DNA of 64,000 bases from Octopus vulgaris (GCA_951406725.2 OX597832.1:24800001-24864000), one strand, 5' to 3'. Shown: positions 1 to 12,764, numbered from the stretch's first letter. The notes: generated by a model not told the origin, from the sequence alone. Made by a program: numbers and translations.

Positions 1-179
1 GAGAGTGCTGTATGAACATTTAATGTGGTTTTAGAGTCAAGTTTTGACTGCTATTTCCAGCGTGGTGGTGTCTCTTAGATACCTTAAATTATAATTTTAA
101 AATAATTATTACCTCTGAAAGGTTTTTATTCCCATGCTGGCCACCTGATAAGATCGGTATTTTAAATATAGATCTCAAT

Positions 180-232
<53 letters not shown>

Positions 233-233
<1 letters not shown>

Positions 234-410
234 GACGGGCTTCTTCCAGTTTCCATCTGACAAGTACACTCACAAGGCTTTGGTTGGTCTGAGGCTATAG
301 TAGAAGATACTTGCCCAAAGTACCACGCAGTAGAAAATATGTGGATGGGAAGCATGTGAACCCGGGACCATGTGGCTGGGAAGCAAAGCCATGTCTGCGC
401 CTATCCCAAA
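233..410 (-). mobile_element. tRNA-derived SINE family A, 5' half
   Basis: Reverse complement matches the family A head seen at 40543 and 47638 (GGCTGTGTGG...GGTTCAGTCCC...TTGGGCAAGTGTCTTCTACTATAGCC); abuts (TA)n. Confidence 0.75.
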
Positions 411-727
411 TCTATCTTAAATGTTACCCCGAATCAAAGACAGGAAGAATAGCTAATTCCATTCTCCGTAGTCGCACGGAATCTCATTATTCCGCAACCT
501 CGCCAAGGAAGTGACAGGTTAAATGCTGCTTTTTTAAATATCGCTAAATACATTCTATGAAATGTTGTTGTTGCCATGTGTTATTGGAATTCCCAATGAA
601 TAGAAGACGAAAATATTGGCACGAAACTGTTTTTTTCCTTATCGAGTTACTGATTTCAATGCAAGAAATATTTATCTGTATATGCAGTGCCATAAACGCC
701 TTCTTCCTGTCCGTCACAAACGTTTGC

Positions 728-857
728 TGAGCCCATGGGAATCGAACCCGCTGCTTCTTACGAACATTAAACATACAACCATTACACCGGGACTGTTGGT
801 GTAGTGGTTGTATATTTATCGTCCGTGAGAAAAGTGGGTTCGATTCCCATAGTCTCA
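728..857. other. Head-to-head inverted pair of degenerate tRNA-like (Pol III A/B box) sequences
   Basis: 728-788 (minus) and 798-857 (plus) both read GGTGTARTGGTT...GGGTTCGATTCCCAT; about 82% identical by hand alignment; 9-bp spacer. Confidence 0.7.
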
Positions 858-994
858 ATATATATATTTTCGATTTTGTATATAAATGAAGATATTTCCC
901 CCGTCTGGCTTATATTATATATATTATATTATATTATATTATATATTATTATATTATATTATATTATATTATATTATATTATATTATATATATA

Positions 995-1140
995 ACAATT
1001 GCAGCGTGGAAGGTGTTTGTAAGCCATTTAAGAAACACACAAAAGCCGTTCGATTCACTTCAGCATTTAAGTTTAATTTGTCAAAATATTTTCGTCTCTT
1101 TAAGACCGCGACCTGTTCACTGACAAAAAAATCTGTGCTG
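995..1140 (-). mobile_element. Penelope-like element terminal fragment
   Basis: Minus strand CAGTGAACAGGTCGCGGTC...GACGAAAATATTTTGAC is the same family as the arms of the 28091-28237 fold-back. Confidence 0.45.
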
Positions 1141-1609
1141 CATATTTATATATATGACTAGTTCCCTTCAGGTTCTGGCTACTAAATACACTATGAATGC
1201 CTTGGTCAGCACAAAGCTGTCGCAGAAAATATTTGCCCAAGATGGCAAGCAGTGGGATTCAATCATATAGCCGGGAAGCAGAATTCATAACACATAACGA
1301 CTTCCACGTGAAATTTACATAAGCGTTTTAATTTTTTTGTTTGGACATTTCATAGAGTGATGTTACTTTGGTGTAGTTGTTAGACCAGTCATACATTTTA
1401 CAGCAGACTCAGCGTTCTAATCATGCATGGGTTATTACATTTTCCGTTTTCTTACATGCTACCCACTATATATATGTATATATCCCAGCCTATATATATA
1501 TATATATATATATACTCCACCATATATTATTATAATCATTAGGGAATATTACTTCCAAGTACACAGGAAATAGACATTCAAATTAAATGTACTTAAATGA
1601 ACATCTCTC

Positions 1610-1865
1610 AATTTTAGAGACAGAACCACCTTCAACTCAATCAACGCTGAAAGGTTTTATACCCGACCACTCCATAAAATGTTAAAAATTAAATCTTATA
1701 CTAACTGTATCTATTCTGAGTCCTGTATTTTCCGTTTATAAGACTACATGTGTTTCAGGATTCAGGATAGATATAGTTAGTATACGATTTACTTTTTAAC
1801 ATTTTATGGAATGGTGAGTATAAAACCTTTCAGTGTTGAATTGAGGTGGTTTTGTCTCTGAAATT
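1610..1865. repeat. Fold-back inverted repeat (about 110-bp arms, 30-bp loop)
   Basis: 1610-1725 is the imperfect reverse complement of 1756-1865; the loop carries GAAACACATGTA on the minus strand. Confidence 0.85.
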
Positions 1866-1888
1866 ACTTTTATATATACTCCACCATA

Positions 1889-1952
<64 letters not shown>

Positions 1953-1953
<1 letters not shown>

Positions 1954-2139
1954 GCCATGATATATCTTTAGCCACTACACACATTCTTTTCTCTTCTTGT
2001 TTCTTTCTATGTTCCTTACTGTAAAAGAGCGTAGGCTCGAAACGTAAAATACTTTTTCTATTCCTGAGCATTTTACTAATACATCTGTTTTGTTTTGTAC
2101 ACCACCTGTCTTCGTCTTTTGATTTTTCGTAAACTCTCC

Positions 2140-2141
<2 letters not shown>
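1953..2141 (+). mobile_element. Penelope-like terminal repeat with degenerate hammerhead-like motif
   Basis: GAGC-GTAG-GCTC-GAAACG hairpin-plus-core motif; related copies at 40397-40525 (minus) and 51541-51725. Confidence 0.55.
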
Positions 2142-2183
<42 letters not shown>

Positions 2184-2368
2184 GTGTGTGTGTTTGTGAT
2201 ATTTATGACATACTAAGGCAGAATGCTAACATAGTCGCTATGTCGGCAAATATCGTATAAGCGGGCAGCAACCTGATATTGAAAGCAAACATGTATTATT
2301 AAAGACAAAATAATCCGTAAAATAGACAGGGTTAATAATGACATTACCGTAAATTTTATATTCAGTAT

Positions 2369-2700
2369 TTAATACGTCGTACGTAATTCATTTAGCTTCA
2401 ATAAATCAATTCCTCTTTTCACATTTCTCTTGCAGTTTACAGCTCCCTGTTGTCTCTGACCTTTGCATAATCGATATTCTTCCAAAACCTCACGACGCTC
2501 TGCTGCGGAATCCTTTTTATCAATGGAAATTGATGAGATGCCTAAAGACACGAAGGAATTTCATGATGTCGTCAGTCTTTCTAAAGAACCTTTGATAATT
2601 CTGGAATTCTATATTCTTATATTTCAAGTGAATGCCATCGATTGGAATGACATCATTGGTGATATTCTTGATATTTTTCTTCAAAACGTTTAATGAAAGA
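2369..2700 (-). pseudogene. Frameshifted ORF remnant, probably transposon-derived
   Basis: Two adjacent minus-strand open frames join into about 110 aa (LKKNIKNITNDVIPIDGIHLKY...FRHLINF/DKKDSAAERREVLEEYRLCKG...); family not recognised. Confidence 0.3.
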
Positions 2701-3762
2701 CTTTATGGATTTTGGATTTAGAGAAGTATTATTACAGAGGGCAACATTTCTATGCTTTATATTTTTTAAAAGTCACACATATGTTGCAGCTGCTACAAAA
2801 CTTTTAATTAGGCGATCTGAAGAAAACAGTGGAGAGACGGAATTTTTTTCTTGCAGAGTTTCGTCTCGATAATTAAGCGTGTATGTAGCTCCTTAGGTTC
2901 TGAGGTTAAAGAACGCCGAGAGCGACTTTGATTTCCATCCTATAGTAATTGATAGAATAAGTACCAGTTTAAAAAAGTTTTACATATTTGAACGTTTCCA
3001 GCCACTGAAACATGTTTTCTCAGAGAATTTTGCTGCAAACCTACGCAAGGAGACAGGGGAAAAAAATTTTAAATTCCGTAGAAGTAGCTATAAAATTAGT
3101 TACTAAACATCGAAGGGATGTTTAATAACTAATTTTATAGGGTCCATCCGAATAAATTAATAATCAAAGGGGGTCCATGTATACAATATATATATGAGAT
3201 CCAATCGGTTTGAGCAAGAACGAGAGGGTCGGATAATATTCACAGTCTCAGTTGATGGCTATTGGGAATTCAGCTAAAAAGTTTAAAGACAGTTGCTTCT
3301 CATGGTACCCTTCATCCTCCTCTCAGAAATTTCTAAGCTTGTATCAGTAAGTAAATCTATAACCAACTCCTAAGTATGTAACTAAACAGTAACCAACCCT
3401 ATAAGTCATATAAGAAATATTCCCTACAGTCTTCCATAGTGTAATATGAAAGTGAAAGCTTAATAACCACTTTCATTGAAGCTAAATATGGGAAGAATTA
3501 AGCACTAACTACAAAATTAAGCTACAACAAAGAAACACTTGTATCTATGTACATCGGAATCGGTAATAATAGTAAACCTACAATAACTAAATGATTTATT
3601 AAATAGCGACCAATATTTAAGTTACCAGTTAATAATACACTTACCAGTCTTCCATAGTTACTACTATGAAAATAAATGAAAGTTTTATATTCAATTATAT
3701 TAAATTAAAACACGATTTAATTTAATTTCATGAATAATATAATAATTATGAGTGAAATACAT

Positions 3763-3893
<131 letters not shown>

Positions 3894-4606
3894 CAGCAAA
3901 ACAATTAAGATTCAAATGAATTCAAATGAATATGGTACTTAACTTAGATGCACCAGAATTCTTTATGGTATTAACCATGAAAATATGTGGGGTAATTATA
4001 ACCAAGAAAAAAGCAACAAGAATGGATCAGTAATTTAGTACAATTGTTTCATACTAAGAACATTTGATTTAAAGCTGCAAATATTACAGCAAATATAATG
4101 TCATGTATTCATTAGCTAAATCACATATATGTTTTCCAAACATCCTAGAGAGTGTAAATATCCTTATGAAGTATTCAGAGTGAGTTCTATGAATTTGAAG
4201 TAAGGTAATAAGCAGACTTTATATGTTTTCCAACAATGCACAGTTTAAAAAAAAATTTTTAAATGATTATTAACTTCTCAGAGGAGGTAAATCCAACCAT
4301 AAAGGTGTTAATATAAATTCCAGGAAACATGAGGAAAGGTGTTGTTAACACACTGGTTCAGTTCACATCTAACTGTTGCAGACAGAATTTAGTAGTAGTA
4401 AGAAATATAGCGAGGTAGGTTTAGCCATAATGTCCTTTATTTATATATATATACGCATATATATATATATATAGAATTAGAAAAAAACCACCTTTATCAA
4501 CTCAAAATGAACAATTAAATTACACCATCTAGAAAATTACATATAATAGAAAAATTAAATTTAAAATAACAATAAATGTTTGGATTTTATTCCCTCAAAT
4601 AATAAT

Positions 4607-4669
<63 letters not shown>

Positions 4670-4982
4670 TATATACTCGGGGCAATTGACATCGTTGACT
4701 TCGAAATTATTTCTGGTGCCTCGAAATTTTCCTGTTATTTGCTTCTCTCGTCAATGTCGCTTTTATTCATGATTATGCCCAATATTTTTATTATTGAAAT
4801 AGTTTTGTCGTTCATTGCTTTGCAAGAATTTCGAAATTTGATTTATGCAAAAATGGAAATGAATGGATAAATAAATGAAAGAAAATCAAAACAAAACAAA
4901 GCAACCAACAAAATAATACAACCGCGAAAATAATATCTAACCCAAACAAAAAAGATCATTACGCAATAACCACGAAGAATAT

Positions 4983-5059
<77 letters not shown>

Positions 5060-5078
5060 ATATATGTATATATATGTA

Positions 5079-5125
<47 letters not shown>

Positions 5126-5156
5126 GAATATATATATATATGTATATATATGTATG

Positions 5157-5198
<42 letters not shown>

Positions 5199-5777
5199 CA
5201 CATTCTATCTATACATTCAGGCACTGACACACATAGGTGTGCGCACATACACACATGTTACTATATATATATATATGTATTTTTGGGAAAATGAAATCGC
5301 ACATTTTAAAGTGATATGCCGATAGATAACTCGAAGATATCCAAGATATGAATACAACGACCAGTATAAACCAGTGTGTCGCCAAAATGAATAAATACGA
5401 TGAACGCAACAAGACAATCGTCATGAAAAAATATAGCATAAAATATGCGTGGGATATGAATGAAATAAAAATAATAACGAAATTGACCAAGAAATTAATA
5501 TTGGAAATTCGAATAGGAAAAAAAAAAAGAAAATGAAACGAACGTAACATATATTAAAAAGCAATGATCTATACACACTGCCAATTTTGCACTAACATAT
5601 ACATACATGCATACATAGATACGTACATACATACATACATACATTTATATATACATGTCTACTTTGTGTAATGTCTAAATACCCAGTGAGGCTGACTTAC
5701 TACTAGGCTAAAAGTCGGCTCAATCTCTTGTGGGTACATACATACAAATATATACATACATATGGGTGCATACATAC

Positions 5778-5824
<47 letters not shown>

Positions 5825-6543
5825 CGTGTGTGTGTATGTGTGTGTGTGTGTATTAACTATCTATCTGTCTATCAATCAATCAATCTCTCTCCATTTCCCT
5901 CATACACACACACGTACAAGAGCACACACTCATACACACATATATATGTACATACATACACAGCCTGGGGTATGATTTTTAACTGCATCAGTTAGTAGTA
6001 CCCTGGTACATTCAAGGTATTTAGGAGTGTGGTACCACCTCTTAGCCACTGTTGTTCCCAGCTGAACGCTAACTGGGAGTAACAGCATGTGTTAGTGTCC
6101 GTCCTATGGGTAATTAGCATGTGAGCCACTGGATCACTTAGTTCTCGTTAGAAGCACGTTTTAGAGAAGGTAAACTTGTATTAAAAAGAAAATTAAAAAC
6201 CTGTTTCTGGTCGCTTCAGCCTCTGTTTTTGCCTCTGGTTTTATAGTTGATGGTCCTCAAACGCGGGATCAATGCTGTTCAACACTTTACCAACTCAAAG
6301 TAAATTCATACACTTCTTGGACTCTCGGAACCTTTTGCATGGAACCACAGAGATTCGGAAGCGATCTTCCTCGGTCACGAGTTGACTTCCACAATAGACA
6401 CGCATGTATACATACAACCACATATGTATATGTGTGTGTTTGTCCCTGTCTCTCTCTCTCTCTGTCTCCCTGTCTCTCTTTTTGTTCCGCGTGTCTCCTC
6501 TTCACTCTGTTCCAGAGAGAAGAGGATACACGAGGGACAAAAA

Positions 6544-6586
6544 CTCATTGAAGAGGTCACAAAATGTGTGACGAAAGAAGCCTGAG
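6544..6586 (+). ncRNA. Degenerate hammerhead-like motif
   Basis: CTCA-TTGAAGA-G-GTCAC/GTGAC-GAAA...TGAG: stems I and II intact, C3 and U16.1 mutated. Confidence 0.4.
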
Positions 6587-7212
6587 ATATAAACTATTAA
6601 TAATAAAGCTAAAGTGAAGTTCAAATAAACAGTGCGTGTGTTTATTGGCATAAAAATGACCGTCCCTAAATATGTGCGTGCGTGTGTGTATGTGTGTATG
6701 CGCGTACGTGTGTTAACACATGTCAATATACTTACTATATCCATACGTATATTTCCGTGATATTTCCAATTCGGAGTATTTATTTCTCATTTTAAAATAC
6801 ATTCATAATCAAATCTAGGAGATACGTCTCAAACAAACTCACCACTATTTGGATATCACCATATTTTGATTTAATTCCCTTTCGATATCACTTTAGATAA
6901 ATATTCAAATATTCTTTTTAAATCGACATTTGCAAATTTAACATGATATTTTTTCCTCCAATGAATTTGAAATTTTAATGTCTGATTTCATCGTTGCATT
7001 GAAAATGCTGAAATTTTTACATATAAAATTACATATAAACTAAATATTTGTTGTTCTAAAAATTTTTCAATTTTCTTGTGATATTACATGGAATAAATAA
7101 TCTCGCTAAAATGTCCCTCTCTATTAAAAGGTTAAGGATGAGCAAGTAAAGCCAAGAATCATGATTCTATATCATACTATTTCTATATTACAACATGAAA
7201 TAAATTCTAATA

Positions 7213-7268
7213 GGTATCATTTAAACATTTTCAACTGGTTCACAGCTGAGTCTTCATCAGTGATAACT
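7213..7268 (-). ncRNA. Degenerate hammerhead-like motif (Penelope-type terminus)
   Basis: Minus strand CTGATGA-A-GACT...AGTT-GAAAATGTTT with flanking TTATCA/TGATAC pairing. Confidence 0.45.
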
Positions 7269-7597
7269 TGGCCGATAATATGTTCAAATGAGGGCAGCAG
7301 TCTTGCAGTATCGTTAAAGTATCAGATAAAATATTTTACAGTAGTTCTCCTGGCTCTTTACATTCTGAGTTCGAATTTCACTGGCGTCAAATTCGCTTTC
7401 GTTGAATTCTGTTCCAGAGGTCGGCGTCATCGTCTAATCGCTTCCCTTTCAAGTAGCAAGCATTCTCCTTCAATTACAAAGAATCACCAATCCGAAACAG
7501 GTAAAATACGAATCAGAGCTGCACCGGATATTTTACTTCCCGATATCTAAAAGTAATTCGCCTTAAATCAAAAATAGCAAATCAATTCATTATTCTT

Positions 7598-8392
7598 TTC
7601 TGCTCTAGGCACAAGGCCCGAAATTTTGGGGGAGGGGACCAGTCGATTAGATTGACCCCAGTATGCAGCTGGTAATTAATTTATCGATTCCGAATGGATG
7701 AAAGGCAAAGTCGACCTCGGCAGAACTTGAACTCAGAGCATAAAGACAGACGCTAAGCATTTCGTCCGGCGTGCTAACGTTTCTGCCAGCTCCCTGCCTA
7801 AGTCAATTCATTATTCTTGTTCACTCTAGGCATAAGGCTCGAACTTTGCGGGAGGGGATCAGTCGATTAGATGGACCCTAGTACGCAACTGGTAATTAAT
7901 TCATCGACGCCAAAACGATGAATCGCAAAGTCGACTTCGGCGGAACTTGAACCCAGAGCGTAAAGATCGACACTAAGCATTTCGACTGCCCACAGGGGGC
8001 TACACACAGAGGGGACAAACACGGACAGACAAACGGATTGAGTCGATTATATCGACCCCAGTGCGTAACTGGTACTTATTTAATCGACCCCAAAAGGATG
8101 AAAGGCAAAGTCGACCTCGGCGGAATTTGAACACAGAACGTAGCCTCAGACAAAATACCTATTTCAACTTCCCACAACAAGGAGCTAAACACAGAGAGGA
8201 TAAACAAGGACAGACAGACGGATTAAGTCGATTATATTGAACCGTAGTGCGTAACTGGTACTCAATATATCGATCCCGAAAGGTTGCAAGGCAAAGTCGA
8301 CCTCGGTGGAATTTGAACTCAGAACGTAACGGCAGAAGAAAAACCGCTAAGCATTTTGGCCGGTGTGCTAACGTTTCTGCCAGCTCACCGGG
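7598..8392 (-). mobile_element. Cluster of four SINE family B units (nested/tandem)
   Basis: Repeated GTCGACCTCGGCGGAATTTGAACTCAG core; first unit flanked by a 16-bp duplication TCAATTCATTATTCTT (7582-7597 and 7803-7818). Confidence 0.85.
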
Positions 8393-9031
8393 TCCTTCTC
8401 GAGACGACTAGCGCAGACTATAAGGCTTCCAAAGAGAACTCTGCTTTACGCACGGCCTACTGAGTGCTGCAGCAAACCAATAGTTTTGTAACATTCAAAG
8501 TTTCGTCTTTGCTTTCCTCATTTTTAAAACCAAACATACTAATGTCCAATCTCCGACAGGATACTACATTCTTACTAAATAAATATCGCAATGCAATTTC
8601 TTTCTCCGCCTGCGACTTCTGTCTCTCCCGTTCTATCGTTGGACATGATAATGTCTGTTAGAGTGAACACGTTGGCTAAGTTTTATGGATGTACAACTAA
8701 AGTTTATGCGAATTTACATTCGTATCTCTAAGTGAGATTTGAAATGACGGTTGTTATCACCTATTAAGTTATCGCTAGGTAATTATGGATCAATGTCGAC
8801 AAACCTATAAATTGTAAACGAAATCAAATTCGATTTTAGAGATCTGGTACCATTTTGATTGATAGACACATACCTATACACACACGAACAAACACGCACA
8901 CCCTCCGATTTATACTCATAGGCTTGTGCATTTATGTATATATAGTATACATAAAATCCTATACACACATAATTGTGTATAAATATAAATATAAATATGT
9001 ATGTATAAATAAATATATATATATATACATC

Positions 9032-9142
<111 letters not shown>

Positions 9143-9202
9143 TTGCTATTATGTTAATCTGCCATTCATATATACGTATATACATATATATTTATAAACA
9201 TG

Positions 9203-9286
<84 letters not shown>

Positions 9287-9739
9287 CTGTAGTACAACGA
9301 CGTAGCGGTATTTGTATAATAGCAAGACTTCATGGTGATCACCCACTACTTAGAAATTAGAGACTTTCTATTATAGTGCCTATGTGTGTGTATGTGAGCG
9401 TGTGTCCGTATATATATACATATATATATATATATATACACTCATGCACACACATTGCATTCGCTAACTTAATACAAAAGAAAAGACAAGAAGACAACAA
9501 AAGCCAAAAGAGAGACACACAGCAGTGCAGCGTTTCACAAATGAACCGTGGCGTAAACGTAGTTGAGAGTTGTAATGTGAAGTGAGTTCATTTCCTTTTA
9601 AACAAGTCATTCAGTGTTGGATAATAATAGGATATTCTAGTTGAACAAGAAACAATATAAACAGTTAGGCTGACATTAATTTGTTTGTTATCGGACTTAA
9701 CTAACCCTTCGCTTCGATTCTTCTACCATTGTTCACAAC

Positions 9740-9794
<55 letters not shown>

Positions 9795-9811
9795 TAACAT
9801 AGACATATATT

Positions 9812-9852
<41 letters not shown>

Positions 9853-9868
9853 ATCTATCGTTCTATCA

Positions 9869-9922
<54 letters not shown>

Positions 9923-9989
9923 GTCTATATGTCTATATATATATGTGTGTATATATATATATATTATATATATATATATATTTATATAT

Positions 9990-10036
<47 letters not shown>

Positions 10037-10345
10037 ATATATAAATATTTATATATATCATTTGTATGTGTGTGTACATATGTATAAACCTTTAACTTAG
10101 ATATCAACTTACAAATTTGGTGTAAATTTTCTTAACTAATTTCTCTCGATCTCATTTATTTTTTACGTCTGTGTGTGTTTGTGTTTTGCGCGTGCGCATG
10201 TGTCTGTCTGTCTGTCACTATACTAATCTATCTCACTTTCAGACTCATTAATTTTTTTTATTTAATTCTCCTCTTTATCATGGTCTTATATCTTTCTCGT
10301 CGATATTTATGTCTGATCGTACCAGAAGACAACGAGTAAAACAAC

Positions 10346-10414
10346 TGCGCAGGCGCACGCACATACTATAGTAGTTAAGTCTATAGTTAGTATGTAGCTG
10401 CGGCACGATGGCGG
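10346..10414. promoter_or_regulatory. Candidate promoter (NRF1-type motif plus ATGGCG YY1-like core)
   Basis: TGCGCAGGCGCA at 10346-10357 and GATGGCGG at 10407-10414 in a locally CpG-richer unique stretch. Confidence 0.3.
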
Positions 10415-10540
10415 GGATCATCATAACGAGGTTCTGTCACTGTAGCAATACTAATAAGCCATCATATGATAGTTGATGACAATGATGATGATAATGATAA
10501 TATATATATATGTATGCATGTCTATGTGTGCGTGTATCAG

Positions 10541-10602
10541 ACTTTGGCTGATGAGAAATCAGGCACCTTTTTGACGCTAAATTTCGAAACCGGTACCAGG
10601 TT
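10541..10602 (+). ncRNA. Minimal type-I hammerhead ribozyme, canonical core, palindromic stem III
   Basis: TTGG-CTGATGA-GAAAT(loop)ATTTC-GAAA-CCGG-T-A-CCAG: all conserved core bases present, stem I 4+ bp, stem II 5 bp with G10.1-C11.1, stem III ACCGGT; predicted cleavage after 10595. Confidence 0.75.
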
Positions 10603-11235
10603 GACCAGCATTTACTTGTTCTGACTCATTTGAGATAAGACATTATTATTGTTCACTGATATGTTTTCCTATCTTGTCTGTAATAGATTTGTGACTTTTC
10701 GGTGGTACAGAAGTATTTTTTGACTTCTATCATTAGCGATACAGGTACTCATATAGTACCCTTGTGTACATATCTAATATTGTATGTATATATTTTATTA
10801 ATTTGCCTTACGGCTGATAATTCGCTTATCACTTGTGATGGTATTTTAATAATAACATCCCTATATATATATATATATATATATAAAACCCAAACAATTC
10901 ACAAGATTCACCAGAACTATTCGAACAGACACCAACCAAAAGTCATCATAGTTGCTCCCATTGGAACACAAGGTAAAACCTAAAATGAATTCCTCGCTTT
11001 TTCAAGAACATGAATTTTTTATATTGAATGCATATCACCACTATGAACTACTACATCATACTCTTTAAACATAAAGCATGGACTCGCTTCACTATATATG
11101 AATTTTTTATTATATTTGTTTTTTTTGATTTTTCCAGTTTCAGCTAATGAGCTGTGGCCATGCTGGGGCACAGCCATTATATATGAATTTTTTATATTTG
11201 ATAGCATGAACTATCTTTTTTACATATAATTTTTT

Positions 11236-11272
11236 TTGATAAGGTTCGTCATTTCAAGAACCGAAACATGTT
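11236..11272 (+). ncRNA. Degenerate hammerhead-like motif
   Basis: TTGATAA-GGTTC(loop)GAACC-GAAACATGT-T; 5-bp stem II and ACATGT palindrome kept, C3 and G8 mutated. Confidence 0.5.
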
Positions 11273-11377
11273 ATATAAATAATGTATATATAAAAATTAA
11301 AAATTTGTCTAATATAGCAGCATTTTCAAACTTCATTTTTTACAAATATATACCCACTCGTATACGAGCTAATCTTA

Positions 11378-11458
<81 letters not shown>

Positions 11459-11665
11459 AATACACATATATGCATGTATGTATACATATATATATGTCTA
11501 TACATATATAAATGAGCTTTTACATCTAGATACACACTGTTATATACATACACACTTACACTACGCACACAAATCAACGACATTTCACATACTTAAACAC
11601 TGAAGAATGTCTATGCCGTAACTAAACCCTCAAGTGGGACACAAAACTAAATTTTTTAAAGTGAT

Positions 11666-11761
11666 ATGGCTGCGTCTCTCACCTGTGCATGTCTGCTAGT
11701 GCTCAATCTCACATCACTCTATTCCACCCCTTCTGCATCACCTTACCTGTATGTAATTCAG
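11666..11761 (+). CDS. Candidate first coding exon with signal-peptide-like N-terminus (MAASLTCACLLVLNLTSLYSTPSASPYLYVIQ)
   Basis: Acceptor TTTTTTAAAG at 11661, ATG at 11666, hydrophobic core, donor CAG|GTAGGA; no homology recognised. Confidence 0.3.
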
Positions 11762-11903
11762 GTAGGAGCTGATTTGGATCAAATAATGTAATGGTTTTTA
11801 CATGTCTTGTTACCTATATCTAAATCTATTTAATCCATCGTCACTTGGTCTTTAAGTAATCAGATATAATTGAAGTAGAAACAAAAATCGATTATTTTTC
11901 TAG

Positions 11904-11950
11904 GTACGAATCAACACCTGCCTTATCGATTTACGATTGAAATCAAAGGG
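11904..11950 (+). CDS. Candidate second exon (VRINTCLIDLRLKSK)
   Basis: Acceptor ATTATTTTTCTAG, donor GGG|GTAAGC, in phase with 11666-11761 across a 142-nt intron. Confidence 0.25.
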
Positions 11951-12385
11951 GTAAGCGCAAACCTACCCGAAACTCATGAAATCATAATAGGAACTGTTCG
12001 ACAGAAATTGGCAGCTAAACCCAGACACTCGCAAACAAAATCTGAAAATCAGTGTTTGATTTTTATCGTTTTTATACTCATAAAATATTGTTGCTGGGGC
12101 AGAAGACAAATGAGAGAAAACTAAGTGCATCGCATGCACTCCTTTATACGTATGTATACACACACACACACATTTATATGTATGTATGTATGTATTTCGA
12201 CACTTTGAGAAATAGGAGGGAAGCAACTGTAATTATATTTAGAAACGGACCGATTAATAATTAAAGGTCATTTCAGACAGATTCAGTGAACTGTTATGTT
12301 CCTCATTTTGCTTCTTACTCTGAAGCTGAAGTCAAATAATGGAGTAGGCATCTAATTTGAAATAGCGATGGTAGTTCTAAAAGTT

Positions 12386-12389
12386 ATTA

Positions 12390-12451
<62 letters not shown>

Positions 12452-12471
12452 ATTATTATTATTATTATCAT

Positions 12472-12551
<80 letters not shown>

Positions 12552-12554
12552 AAT

Positions 12555-12585
<31 letters not shown>

Positions 12586-12586
12586 C

Positions 12587-12646
<60 letters not shown>

Positions 12647-12676
12647 TATTATTATTAATGATAATAATAATAATAA

Positions 12677-12728
<52 letters not shown>
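12386..12728. repeat. (ATT)n followed by (AAT)n microsatellite (self-complementary)
   Basis: Direct reading; polarity switches at about 12658. Confidence 0.95.
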
Positions 12729-12764
12729 CCTTTCTACTATAGGCATAATGACAATAACTATAAC

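Noticed and set aside
7161-7550. 129-aa ORF
   Set aside because: It runs through a Penelope-like terminus and a decayed SINE B fragment; not a gene.
7598-8392. Regularly spaced repeats resembling a CRISPR array (also 21901-22487, 32687-33100)
   Set aside because: These are long SINE units with homologous rather than unique spacers; eukaryotic context, no cas genes.
11964-12042. Minus-strand exon candidate (TTTTCAG...CGG|GTAGGT)
   Set aside because: It overlaps equally plausible plus-strand frames, has no recognisable product and no phase-compatible partner exon.
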